Shown one piece after another: positions 1-8,018 of a DNA stretch of 18,445 bases. Where the stretch lies: NCBI GenBank assembly GCA_043822785.1, contig JBDRBN010000112.1:1-18445 (forward strand), given 5' to 3'. This DNA comes from Pseudomonadota bacterium. Its GTDB lineage: Bacteria > UBA10199 > 2-02-FULL-44-16 > JAAZCA01. Positions within the stretch are counted from its first letter, which is position 1; every line of letters starts with the position of its first letter. A program made the position numbers and the translations under genes. The notes under the pieces are model-generated. The model was not told the origin of the DNA. It searched no databases and was given only the letters and a program-made list of their open reading frames with translations.

Positions 1-138
1 AAAGCGAAGCAATCCCCTTATAACCTGTGTTTGCAGGAGATTGCTTCGTCGCTAAACGCTCCTCGCAATGACACCTAGACATGAGAAAAATGAATTCTTA
101 TATTTCAACCAGTTAACACCTCTAACGCAACAACAGTG
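1..138. mobile_element. Right part of a MITE-like element (copy 1, cut by the window edge), with a REP-like palindrome and the right TIR TCTAACGCAACAACAGTG at 121-138
   Basis: Matches 6333-6470 at 136/138 nt by eye, in the same orientation. Confidence 0.75.
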
Positions 139-197
139 CAATAACCAAATGACCAAAATTAAGTTTGGAATTTGGTGCTTGGAATTTGGAATTTTTC
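139..197. repeat. Heptamer array (ACCAAAT / TTGGAAT type), partly palindromic, overlapping the nuoG 3' end
   Basis: caataaccaaatgaccaaaattaagtttggaatttggtgcttggaatttggaattt; same units as 4729-4861. Confidence 0.75.
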
Positions 198-1655
198 AAT
201 GCCCCATCTTATACATTCCTGTGCAGAGTTCATGTCCCATGATTTGCCAAACTTCTGCGCGATGAGCCCTGCTATCTTCCAAGCAGGCTCAGACTGGCCC
301 ATAGGATTTATACCTGCCTTAAACTCCCTTAATCTGCCGTTGGCGTCTACAAACGTGCCATCCTGCTCAAAGTGCGTTGCTCGTGGAAAAACAACATCAG
401 CCCAACGCCCTGCAGCTTGAATAGATGAAGTGATTAACACAACCCAGGCAGCTTGTGCCTCTACAAGAGCGATGAGATGGTCGGGCCTAAGGCCTTCTAA
501 CACAATGATGCCGCACCCTCGTGGAAGTTTATGCACCTCTAGATCGGTTATGAGACGCACGCCCCTTGTATTTGGATTTCTGTCTGCATTGCGCAACATA
601 TCATCTGCAAAACCCGGCTCATGCGCTGCGCCAGAGAAAATAACTTTATCCGCACCCAATGATTCCCGCGCCAACCTGAAGATTGCTAAGTTCTCTTCCA
701 AGCTCGCCTGTGCTGAGAGCGCACACACGACCTCAGACGTTTTCTTATGCTCTTTGATTTCTGAAAAACGTCTTAACGCATCCTCCCAACTCACTGAAGT
801 TTGCTCTGAGTCTATGAGCACCGATGGAGAGATGAAGCGCTTTGTTCTACCCAGCACCTTGTATGTCATCCTTCCATCATCGCACATCCACGACTTGTTT
901 ATGTCCTCATCCTCCCTGGGCCTTATGCGATATGCCACGCCGCCCGCATGGTCCAGCCACACGCTGCATGCGGTGGCACAGCCTGCGCATATGGAAGGAG
1001 CACTTTTTAGAAACCACGCCCTCTTTTTGAACCGAAAGTCTATTGATGTGAGCGCGCCTACAGGACACAAATCAACCGCGCACAACGAATAGGGGCTCGA
1101 GAATGTATTGTCCTTTGCAATTCCTATTTCAGTACGGTCTCCTTTGTCATAAAGCCCCAGCTCATGTCTTTTTAAGATCTCCTCGCAAAATCGAACACAA
1201 CGCGTGCACTTTATGCAACGCTCTGCATCAAGCATGATGTTGGGTCCTATTCTCTTAGCCTTGGGCTTTTTTACCTTGGGTTCAAGCGATCGAGAAGGCC
1301 TTTGCGAATGCTCAAAATAAATATCCTGTAGATCGCACTTACCTGCGGCATCGCACACAGGGCAATCGAGAGGATGGTTGATAAGGATAAATTCCAAGAT
1401 ATCGGCCCTGGCCCGCCTTATCTCGTCGGTATTGGTGCGCACGATCATGCCCTCGCGCACAAGCTCTTTACAGGATATCGCCGGCAAGGCAGATCCCTTG
1501 ACATCCACTATGCAGATCCTACAGTTGCCGGGAATGCTAAGGCGCGGATGATAACAAAAACGAGGAATTTGTATGCCAAGCTGATCTGCTGCTTGCATGA
1601 TGGTGGTGCCCTCGTCCACCTCGACTACCCTGTTATCTATCGTAAGCTTTACCAT
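159..1655 (-). CDS. nuoG: NADH-quinone oxidoreductase subunit G (short form, 498 aa)
   Basis: IPRFCYHPRL..GNCRICIV 2Fe-2S motif; NHPLDCPVCDAAGKCDLQD; CIKCTRCVRFC; CAVDLCPVGAL; CAGCATAC...MCDDGR; follows nuoF. Confidence 0.93.
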   Translation of the reverse strand: MVKLTIDNRVVEVDEGTTIMQAADQLGIQIPRFCYHPRLSIPGNCRICIVDVKGSALPAISCKELVREGMIVRTNTDEIRRARADILEFILINHPLDCPVCDAAGKCDLQDIYFEHSQRPSRSLEPKVKKPKAKRIGPNIMLDAERCIKCTRCVRFCEEILKRHELGLYDKGDRTEIGIAKDNTFSSPYSLCAVDLCPVGALTSIDFRFKKRAWFLKSAPSICAGCATACSVWLDHAGGVAYRIRPREDEDINKSWMCDDGRMTYKVLGRTKRFISPSVLIDSEQTSVSWEDALRRFSEIKEHKKTSEVVCALSAQASLEENLAIFRLARESLGADKVIFSGAAHEPGFADDMLRNADRNPNTRGVRLITDLEVHKLPRGCGIIVLEGLRPDHLIALVEAQAAWVVLITSSIQAAGRWADVVFPRATHFEQDGTFVDANGRLREFKAGINPMGQSEPAWKIAGLIAQKFGKSWDMNSAQECIRWGIEKFQIPSTKFQT

Positions 1656-1684
1656 ACGTTTCTCGCGTGTCTCGCGTTTCTCGC
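1656..1684 (-). repeat. 9-bp tandem repeat (GCGAGAAAC type) filling the whole nuoF-nuoG spacer
   Basis: Minus strand reads GCGAGAAAC GCGAGACAC GCGAGAAAC GT, then ATG. Confidence 0.75.
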
Positions 1685-2908
1685 TTATGTACCCATGCGT
1701 ATATGGTCTTCAAACTCTCCCCTGAACTTCGTAACAAACGAAACGACAGACAACGAAAGATGCCTTGCCAATCTGCACAAACTGAGCTGTTGCATTGCTA
1801 AAGCAGCATCCATGAGCAGGTTTAGATCCTCGTCCCTGCCAAAACCCTTTTCCATGCGGCCCATGATCCGACTTATCCATCCGCTGCCTTCTCTGCAGGG
1901 CGTGCACTGGCCGCAAGATTCTTGCGCAAAGAACCTGGCTATGTCGGCAAGCACCCTAGGCATGGACGCGCTCTCGTTCATCACGATCATGCCGCCGCTG
2001 CCGAGCGCGCTGCCCGCTTCTTCAAGGGATTCATAATCGATCGTGCACGTCAGCGCCTCGCTTGCGGTAAGCACTGGCACCGATACGCCGCCCGGAATCA
2101 CGGCTTTAAGCCTCTTTCCTTTTAGCACGCCGCCAACCTCTTCTGAGATAAAGCTGGAAAAGGGCAATCCCATCTCAATCTCATACACGCCCGGTTTTTC
2201 AACGTGGCCGCATACGCTTACGAGCTTTGTGCCGGAACTCTCGCCGGTTCCCATCTTCCTAAAGGCATCTGCACCCTCTCTCGCTATAAACGGCAAACAG
2301 GCTATGGTCTCTACGTTGTTCACCACGGTGGGGCATCCGTAAAGTCCTCTGGATACAGGGTACGGAGGCCTTATGCGCGATATGCCCCTTAAGCCCTCTA
2401 TGGAGTTGAGAAGGGCGCTCTCTTCACCGCATACATATGCTCCCGCTCCGCGGTGAATTATGATCTCGCATTTCAAAAAACCTGCGTCCCGCGCTTCATC
2501 CACGGCATGGGATAAAACGCCCAGGGCCTTTGCATACTCGCCCCTGATATAGACATACGCAGCCGTGGCGCCTATGGCGTGTGCGGCAATGATCATCCCT
2601 TCGATGAGAAGGTGAGGATCTTTCTTAAGTATTGCCCTGTCCTTGAACGTGCCTGGCTCGCCCTCATCCGCGTTCACGACAAGATATATCGGCTGTTGTG
2701 AATTGTTTGGAATGAACGACCACTTCTTTCCTGTTGGAAAACCCGCGCCGCCCCTGCCGCGAAGCCCGGAGGCGGTGACAAGCTCTACGATCTCCTGCGG
2801 CTTCATGCGCAAAATCTTCTTAAGCGAAAGATACGCGCCGTGCTGACGAGCTACCTTTAACTCGTGCATCCTCGGCACATCGAAATGTTTTGTTATGACT
2901 TTTTCCAT
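1685..2908 (-). CDS. nuoF: NADH-quinone oxidoreductase subunit F
   Basis: GLRGRGGAGFPTGKKW, NADEGEPGTFKDR, GAGAYVCGEESALLNSIEG, NNVET, SCGQCTPCREG. Confidence 0.97.
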   Translation of the reverse strand: MEKVITKHFDVPRMHELKVARQHGAYLSLKKILRMKPQEIVELVTASGLRGRGGAGFPTGKKWSFIPNNSQQPIYLVVNADEGEPGTFKDRAILKKDPHLLIEGMIIAAHAIGATAAYVYIRGEYAKALGVLSHAVDEARDAGFLKCEIIIHRGAGAYVCGEESALLNSIEGLRGISRIRPPYPVSRGLYGCPTVVNNVETIACLPFIAREGADAFRKMGTGESSGTKLVSVCGHVEKPGVYEIEMGLPFSSFISEEVGGVLKGKRLKAVIPGGVSVPVLTASEALTCTIDYESLEEAGSALGSGGMIVMNESASMPRVLADIARFFAQESCGQCTPCREGSGWISRIMGRMEKGFGRDEDLNLLMDAALAMQQLSLCRLARHLSLSVVSFVTKFRGEFEDHIRMGT

Positions 2909-2922
2909 TGAATTCGATGTTT

Positions 2923-3033
2923 GTCATTGCGAGCGAAGGCCCGTAATACGGGCCGAAGCGAAGCAATCTCATTATTTTTTTTACAAACGGAGATTGCTTC
3001 GTCGTCCCGCAAAGCGGGACTCCTCGCAATGAC
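2923..3033. repeat. REP-like palindrome GTCATTGCGAG...CTCGCAATGAC with two extra GC hairpins
   Basis: Terminal inverted arms, inner GAAGCAATC/GATTGCTTC arms, hairpins GGCCCGTAATACGGGCC and GTCCCGCAAAGCGGGAC; lies between nuoE and nuoF. Confidence 0.85.
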
Positions 3034-3056
3034 ACAAATCCTAAATCATTATTGTG

Positions 3057-3542
3057 TTAACCCTTCAGCTTATCCAAGATCTCATCCACCTTCTCCTTAT
3101 TAAGATCCTCATAGTACTCATCGCCTATTCTCATCACCGGAGCAGTGCCGCACGAACCCAAGCACTCCACCGTGGATAGATAAAAACGCCCATCCGGAGT
3201 AGCCTCCCCTGCTGCTATTCCAAGCTTTGATCTTATATGTCCTACTATCTCGTCGGCGTTTCTTAATCTGCAGCACAGGCCGGTGCAGACCTGAATGTGG
3301 TGCATGGCAAGCTCTTTGGCGTTAAAGAGCGTATAGAAACTTATAACCTCGTGCACTTCAGCGGGTGTTACACCTGCCATGTCTGCAACAAGATCTACTG
3401 CCTCAGGTGGCATCCAACCTTCCTGTTCTTGAACAAGCCACAACAGAGGCAATATTGAAGCCCGAGGCAGCGGATAAACGGACAAAAGTTTTTCAGCACG
3501 TTTTGCCCGCTCAGCGGAAAACTTAAAAAACTTCTTTCTCAT
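3057..3542 (-). CDS. nuoE: NADH-quinone oxidoreductase subunit E
   Basis: ILPLLWLVQEQEGW, EVISFYTLF, VCTGLCC...ECLGSC thioredoxin-like 2Fe-2S ligands; 4-bp overlap with nuoD stop. Confidence 0.96.
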   Translation of the reverse strand: MRKKFFKFSAERAKRAEKLLSVYPLPRASILPLLWLVQEQEGWMPPEAVDLVADMAGVTPAEVHEVISFYTLFNAKELAMHHIQVCTGLCCRLRNADEIVGHIRSKLGIAAGEATPDGRFYLSTVECLGSCGTAPVMRIGDEYYEDLNKEKVDEILDKLKG

Positions 3543-4717
3543 CTATCAAGCTCCCCTGCTATGATGTTTAAACTCCCCATGATCGCAATCGCGTCCGCCA
3601 CCATATGATTCGTGATGAGCCTGGGAAATGCCTGGTATATGGGAAAGCACGGCGGCCTCACCTTGATGCGATAGGGTTTATCAGTGCCGTCGGACACGAT
3701 GTAAAAACCTAGCTCGCCGTTAGCAGCCTCGGTATAGGAATAGACTTCCCCTTCAGGCACTCTTACGCTTTCGGTTATTAACTTGAAGTGATCTATCATG
3801 CCCTCGATGGATCCATACACTTCATGCAAGGGCGAAAGCGCTACATCTTTGCGATCCGTAATTATAGGACCTCGAGGCATCTTCTTGAGAATTTGTTCTA
3901 TCAGGTGTGCGGATTGTTCCATTTCCTCAAACCTTACAAAGATCCTGTCATAGGTGTCGCCGTTTAAACCGATTGGCATATCCCATTCTAACTCCTCATA
4001 GTGATAATATGGATGCGCACGCCTAACATCGTAGCCACAACCCGTGGCTCGAAGGCACGGCCCTGTAAATCCGCATTCAATAGCATCTTCTTGAGATATC
4101 GCTCCTATGCCGCACGTTCTATCTAAAAAGATCCTGTTGTGCTGGATGATGTTTTTCACATCTTTAATGGCAACACGCAGTTTTTTAAGACACTGCGTGA
4201 GCCTTAGATCGGTATCCTCTGGCACGTCGCGCGCCACGCCCCCTATGCGGGTATAGGAAGTGGTAAGCCTTGCACCACAGAGCGCCTCTATCCAATCGGT
4301 GAAGAACTCTCGAGCGTTAAACAGGTACCAGAAGTTTGAAAGAGCACCCATGTCGACCAGATTTGTGCCAATGCACAACAGGTGATCGCATATGCGCGAC
4401 ACCTCGCAAACGAGCATCCTGATCCACCGAGCGCGCTCTGGAATTTCAAGCCCCATCAGCTTTTCCACAGCCATGCAAAAGCCTACGTTGTTCATGAGCG
4501 GAGAGACATAGTTGAGCCTATCCGTATAAGGAATCACCTGGTTCCAAGCATGAGACTCCGTCTCTTTTTCAAAGCAGCGGTGCAAATATCCTATTTCGCA
4601 AACAGCGCGTCTTATCGTCTCGCCATCCAGCTCTACCTTTACACGAAAACAGCCGTGCATTGCTGGATGCGACGGACCGATGTTGAGATACATACGCTCT
4701 GTGACTAGTTCATCCAT
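3539..4717 (-). CDS. nuoD: NADH-quinone oxidoreductase subunit D (start moved to ATG 4717, MDELVTERM...)
   Basis: NIGPSHPAMHG, EIGYLHRCFEK, YTDRLNY, EAANGELG, C-terminal GELDR; the ORF extension to 4783 mostly translates the heptamer repeat. Confidence 0.95.
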   Translation of the reverse strand: MDELVTERMYLNIGPSHPAMHGCFRVKVELDGETIRRAVCEIGYLHRCFEKETESHAWNQVIPYTDRLNYVSPLMNNVGFCMAVEKLMGLEIPERARWIRMLVCEVSRICDHLLCIGTNLVDMGALSNFWYLFNAREFFTDWIEALCGARLTTSYTRIGGVARDVPEDTDLRLTQCLKKLRVAIKDVKNIIQHNRIFLDRTCGIGAISQEDAIECGFTGPCLRATGCGYDVRRAHPYYHYEELEWDMPIGLNGDTYDRIFVRFEEMEQSAHLIEQILKKMPRGPIITDRKDVALSPLHEVYGSIEGMIDHFKLITESVRVPEGEVYSYTEAANGELGFYIVSDGTDKPYRIKVRPPCFPIYQAFPRLITNHMVADAIAIMGSLNIIAGELDR

Positions 4718-4728
4718 ATGATCTAAAT

Positions 4729-4861
4729 AAATTCCAAACTCCAAGCACCAAACTCCAAACAAATTCCAACTTTCAAGCTCCAAATTCCAAACCTGATTTC
4801 GGTCATTTGGTCATTGGAATTTGGTTTTTGTTTGGAATTTGGAATTTGGTATTTGGAATTT
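4729..4861. repeat. Palindromically arranged heptamer array (TTCCAAA-type arm, then TTGGAAT-type arm)
   Basis: aattccaaactccaagcaccaaactccaaacaaattccaa...ggtcatttggtcattggaatttggtttttgtttggaatttggaatttggtatttggaattt; overlaps nuoC 3' end. Confidence 0.85.
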
Positions 4862-5350
4862 CTCCATTTCATCCTTCAGCGTATCCGGCACTGGTATTGC
4901 TCCTCGCTTGTCTTTTGGATAATCTTTGCGAAGGGCGTGTCCTTCAAAGCCCTGGTGGCACAAAAGCCTCTTTAAGTTGGGATGCCCTTCAAAGGTGATG
5001 CCAAAGAGATCAAAAACCTCACGTTCAAACCAGTTTGCAGCACTAAAGACTTTCACCAAGCTTTGAATTGACGGATCCTTTTCTGAACATCTGGTCTTGA
5101 CCCTAAGCCTCTTTGCTTTTTCTGTGGAATACAGATGCGCCACCAGCTCAAATCTCTCTGGCCTGTCAGGAAAATCAACTGCGCACAGATCCAAAAACAT
5201 ATCTAAGCCACATTCTGATTTTAGAAATTGCATCACAGAAACCCACGCATCCATGCGCACCACAGCAGTTTCATCACCTCGAAAGGCGTGGGTTTCGAGC
5301 ACTTTGTTCCCGAACCTATCTTCTAGAAGTTTTATAAATTCTAATGCCAT
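4811..5350 (-). CDS. nuoC: NADH-quinone oxidoreductase subunit C
   Basis: DLCAVDF, RFELVAHLYS, ANWFEREVFDLFGITFEGHPNLKRLL...GHALRKDYP. Confidence 0.96.
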   Translation of the reverse strand: MALEFIKLLEDRFGNKVLETHAFRGDETAVVRMDAWVSVMQFLKSECGLDMFLDLCAVDFPDRPERFELVAHLYSTEKAKRLRVKTRCSEKDPSIQSLVKVFSAANWFEREVFDLFGITFEGHPNLKRLLCHQGFEGHALRKDYPKDKRGAIPVPDTLKDEMEKFQIPNSKFQTKTKFQ

Positions 5351-5359
5351 AATAAATCA

Positions 5360-5386
5360 GCCAACAACGCAAGAAACGTTTCTCGC
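5360..5386. repeat. Degenerate 9-bp repeat cluster
   Basis: GCCAACAAC GCAAGAAAC GTTTCTCGC (last unit inverted). Confidence 0.5.
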
Positions 5387-5391
5387 CAAGT

Positions 5392-6237
5392 TTACTTTGA
5401 CGTCAATTCCACTCCCCACATATCCAGCGTTCCAGGGTTTGCATCGTTCACTATGCTGTACAGATGTCCATCATCATCTTGGGCATTGAGCTTTGCATAT
5501 TCCTCATTAGCTTTTGTGCCTACAAAATCCTTTTTACCTTTGAGGTTCTTATAAGTCTTAAGAGCTTCCTGCCTATATGGCTCTGCCCTTATGATGAGCT
5601 CGTCTGGATCGACCACCTCATTGAAAAGCACCCAGCTCCATTTTCTATGAACATGCCAGATGTCCTCGTTCACGCGGGCCCACAAAAGAAGCCCTATTCT
5701 GTTCCACTCTCCTCCCTTGTGGTCTGCAAGAAATTTCTTTATGCGCGGCAGCACCTGGTCTGGATGTCCACCCAGGTTTTGAAGCAAAATATAGAATTCC
5801 GCTTCAGGCGCATAGTTGCTCTTTGGAAAACGCTTTAGCAGCTCTTTATATTGCGAACCTGTATACGATATGAAGGTAATAGCATGCTCATACTTAAATG
5901 AGCCTGGCCCAAACTTGGCATTAAAAGACTCTGCCTCTGTTCTCATGCACTCCGGATTTCTGGCACCGCCCTTTACCCAGTAACACTTCTTTTCAGCCTC
6001 GCCGGTTAAGGAATCGGATAGTTTATCCAATATCCTGCCTGTCATGGCCAGCGCCTCTGGCGTGAGCTTTTTGTCGTTTGGATGAGAGCGCACATACTGG
6101 CTGAAGAACTGGGCCGCGGCCCCTAGATTACCCTGCTGCATGAGTGCCCGCCCTTGATCAAGGTCGTCGGCCAACGCAATGCTCGAGATGCACAAAAGCA
6201 CCAAGATGAGCGTACAACCAAATAAAATCTTTTTCAT
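5392..6237 (-). CDS. Exported TPR-like protein of unknown function (start moved to ATG 6237)
   Basis: AGGAGG RBS before ATG 6237; signal peptide MKKILFGCTLILVLLCISSIALA; TPR-like helices LDQGRALMQQGNLGAAAQFFSQYVRSHP and YKELLKRFPKSNYAPEAEF. Confidence 0.75.
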   Translation of the reverse strand: MKKILFGCTLILVLLCISSIALADDLDQGRALMQQGNLGAAAQFFSQYVRSHPNDKKLTPEALAMTGRILDKLSDSLTGEAEKKCYWVKGGARNPECMRTEAESFNAKFGPGSFKYEHAITFISYTGSQYKELLKRFPKSNYAPEAEFYILLQNLGGHPDQVLPRIKKFLADHKGGEWNRIGLLLWARVNEDIWHVHRKWSWVLFNEVVDPDELIIRAEPYRQEALKTYKNLKGKKDFVGTKANEEYAKLNAQDDDGHLYSIVNDANPGTLDMWGVELTSK

Positions 6238-6254
6238 AATGCTACCTCCTTTAT

Positions 6255-6492
6255 AAATCCCAAATTCAAAATCCCAAATCCTCACTGTTGTTGCGTTAGA
6301 ACTGCATGTTTTTCATGGATGTCATTGCGAGCAAAGCGAAGCAATCCCCTTATAACCTGTGTTTGCGGGAGATTGCTTAGTCGCTAAACGCTCCTCGCAA
6401 TGACACCTAGACATGAGAAAAATGAATTCTTATATTTCAACCAGTTAACACCTCTAACGCAACAACAGTGGGTGCCTGGAATTTGGAATTTC
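6255..6492. repeat. Heptamer array split by the MITE-like element
   Basis: aaatcccaaattcaaaatcccaaatc on the left and ggtgcctggaatttggaattt on the right of 6283-6470. Confidence 0.6.
6283..6470. mobile_element. 188-bp MITE-like element (copy 2, complete) carrying a REP-like palindrome at 6321-6403
   Basis: Perfect 18-bp TIRs CACTGTTGTTGCGTTAGA (6283-6300) / TCTAACGCAACAACAGTG (6453-6470); near-identical second copy at 1-138; no transposase ORF; no clear target-site duplication. Confidence 0.75.
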
Positions 6493-6494
6493 TC

Positions 6495-7259
6495 CTAGCC
6501 CCTCATTCCCTTCCTTGATCTTTTTATTTTCTTTAACTCTGTCTTTGACTTACCTTCAACTTCGGCAGGCTCTTCTTTACGCTTGGCTTTTGTAAGAGCT
6601 TCTAAACCTTTTGCCTTGGCCTCAGATTTTGTCGTGGGAGCAGCAGAGAACGATGATGCCTGCTTTGCAGCTTCAATGGCTTTGGCATCCAGCTCAGCCA
6701 TATCGATTTCGCTCTCTATCTCTTTGCCACGAGTTCTAATCATCTGATCAAGGATGAGCTCAAGATTGCGAAGAGGAGAAGGGTTTTTATTCAGAAGAGT
6801 CTTTATGCGGCTCTTGGCCTCTTTTTTTATAAGTATAAGGTTGTCAGATTGTCTAAAGTCTTTTTTAAGAGCATCGACAAATTCCTTTAGTTTGTCAGGT
6901 GGCAGGCTGCACGATGGGGCAATGGAGGCGTTTACAAGATCTTCAAACCCGTCGTCTGTGTATTTGCCCTCATTGATTTGCATGGCATCAAACGGAACAT
7001 GAATTTCGCCTTTATATCTGTAACGGTCAAGGTCAAGGAAGTTCTCCTTGTTTAAAAGAAACGTATGATCAGGCTGTCTTAAGGGTTCAAATGCAGATTT
7101 CCATTCGTCCAGGCTTACAGTATCAGTATCAACAAAGCCCATTAGCCATAGGTGTATTATATCGAGTTCTGTGTAGAGGATATGATTGCCATCAGGGGTC
7201 TTATCCAGCGTTTTCCACAAATGTTCCATCACATCAAATTGGTCGAATACAAAGGCCAT
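6495..7259 (-). CDS. Hypothetical protein, 254 aa, with Lys-rich C-terminal tail (start moved to ATG 7259)
   Basis: Long ORF; AAGGA RBS before ATG 7259; the upstream extension translates a 9-bp repeat; no family recognised. Confidence 0.75.
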   Translation of the reverse strand: MAFVFDQFDVMEHLWKTLDKTPDGNHILYTELDIIHLWLMGFVDTDTVSLDEWKSAFEPLRQPDHTFLLNKENFLDLDRYRYKGEIHVPFDAMQINEGKYTDDGFEDLVNASIAPSCSLPPDKLKEFVDALKKDFRQSDNLILIKKEAKSRIKTLLNKNPSPLRNLELILDQMIRTRGKEIESEIDMAELDAKAIEAAKQASSFSAAPTTKSEAKAKGLEALTKAKRKEEPAEVEGKSKTELKKIKRSRKGMRG

Positions 7260-7275
7260 GGCAAAATCCTTTTCT

Positions 7276-7313
7276 GCCAGCAACGCGAGAAACGCAAGCA
7301 ACGCCAGCAACGT
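7276..7313 (+). repeat. 9-bp tandem repeat, 4 units
   Basis: GCCAGCAAC GCGAGAAAC GCAAGCAAC GCCAGCAAC GT. Confidence 0.7.
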
Positions 7314-7337
7314 GATTTGTTGAACCTGCAATCTGTT

Positions 7338-7366
7338 ATATTAATTTGAGATCACCAGGCTGTCAA
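7338..7366 (-). promoter_or_regulatory. Putative sigma70 promoter for the hypothetical-TPR-nuoC..G run
   Basis: Minus strand TTGACA-17 nt-TAATAT. Confidence 0.6.
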
Positions 7367-7390
7367 ACGATCATCTGTATCCTCTTTCCT

Positions 7391-7426
7391 TTCCTCCTAA
7401 CCTCCTCCCACAAGGGGAGGAGGGAA
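7391..7426. repeat. GC-rich imperfect palindrome (REP-like hairpin)
   Basis: ttcctcctaacctcctcccacaaggggaggagggaa. Confidence 0.5.
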
Positions 7427-7470
7427 TAAGAACCCTCAACTAATGAAGCTCCGCAACAAGCTGCAGGCAT

Positions 7471-7500
7471 AAAAAAAAAAGGGGCCTGTATTAGGCCCTC
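7471..7500 (-). terminator. Rho-independent terminator of the three-gene operon
   Basis: Minus strand GGGCCT-AATAC-AGGCCC stem-loop followed by C and T10, about 30 nt after the 7528 stop. Confidence 0.85.
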
Positions 7501-7527
7501 TTGGTATTTATAGCTAAATAAGTTTTT

Positions 7528-7995
7528 TTATGCGTAGGGATTGCCGTAAGAGTAAGTGTTAAAAAGTTTATCGAGCGCTTTATCGTTTGTCTTGCCGGTC
7601 TTCTCTGTGAGCTTCATCTCTTTTCCTCTAGCTTCAGCGATCTTTAGCCCATCTTCTGCCTTCTTTCTCTCCTGCACTGCTGCATTCAACTGCTTCTGAC
7701 CCTCGCTCGCTACATGCATCTTATCCTGCTTGGAAGTGATGCTCTTTATTTGCATGTCCTTGTTGATCACGGCCATTCTATCCTGATGATCATAGCGGGC
7801 AATTGTAGCTTCCTTTTGTATTTCCATCAGATTTTGCTGGGAATAATAACTGATGATGGAACCGGCCATTTGACCAACAGCTTGGACTGCGCTAGCTGCA
7901 CCCATCCAGCCCATCCCGGTGCTTATGTCACCTATAGCTTCACTGTTAGCTGCCGGCGTTGCTGCTGGTTGTACTGCTTCTCCTGCTGCTATCAT
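7528..7995 (-). CDS. Hypothetical 155-aa protein: Gly/Ala segment plus helical region, ends YSYGNPYA (operon gene 3)
   Basis: AAGGAG RBS; GMGWMGAASAVQAVGQMAGSIISY segment; aligns with the 8019-8630 product. Confidence 0.85.
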   Translation of the reverse strand: MIAAGEAVQPAATPAANSEAIGDISTGMGWMGAASAVQAVGQMAGSIISYYSQQNLMEIQKEATIARYDHQDRMAVINKDMQIKSITSKQDKMHVASEGQKQLNAAVQERKKAEDGLKIAEARGKEMKLTEKTGKTNDKALDKLFNTYSYGNPYA

Positions 7996-8018
7996 CGTAT
8001 ACTCCTTTTTTATTTATT

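Noticed and set aside
430..2846. Long plus-strand ORFs (220 aa and others) opposite nuoG/nuoF, and similar antisense ORFs in mutS, the amidase and glnD
   Set aside because: Antisense shadows of well-supported genes, with no recognisable motifs
2820..3103. Short ORFs starting MSLR (also 11777-11995) and ORF 68-265
   Set aside because: Translations of REP/MITE sequence that overlap real genes
4718..4783. N-terminal extension of NuoD in the ORF track
   Set aside because: It is mostly a translation of the heptamer repeat; similarity to NuoD begins after ATG 4717
7260..7331. Apparent signal peptide LLALLAFLALLA on the 278-aa ORF
   Set aside because: Encoded by the 9-bp tandem repeat; the TTG start coincides with the predicted TSS, and a proper RBS precedes ATG 7259
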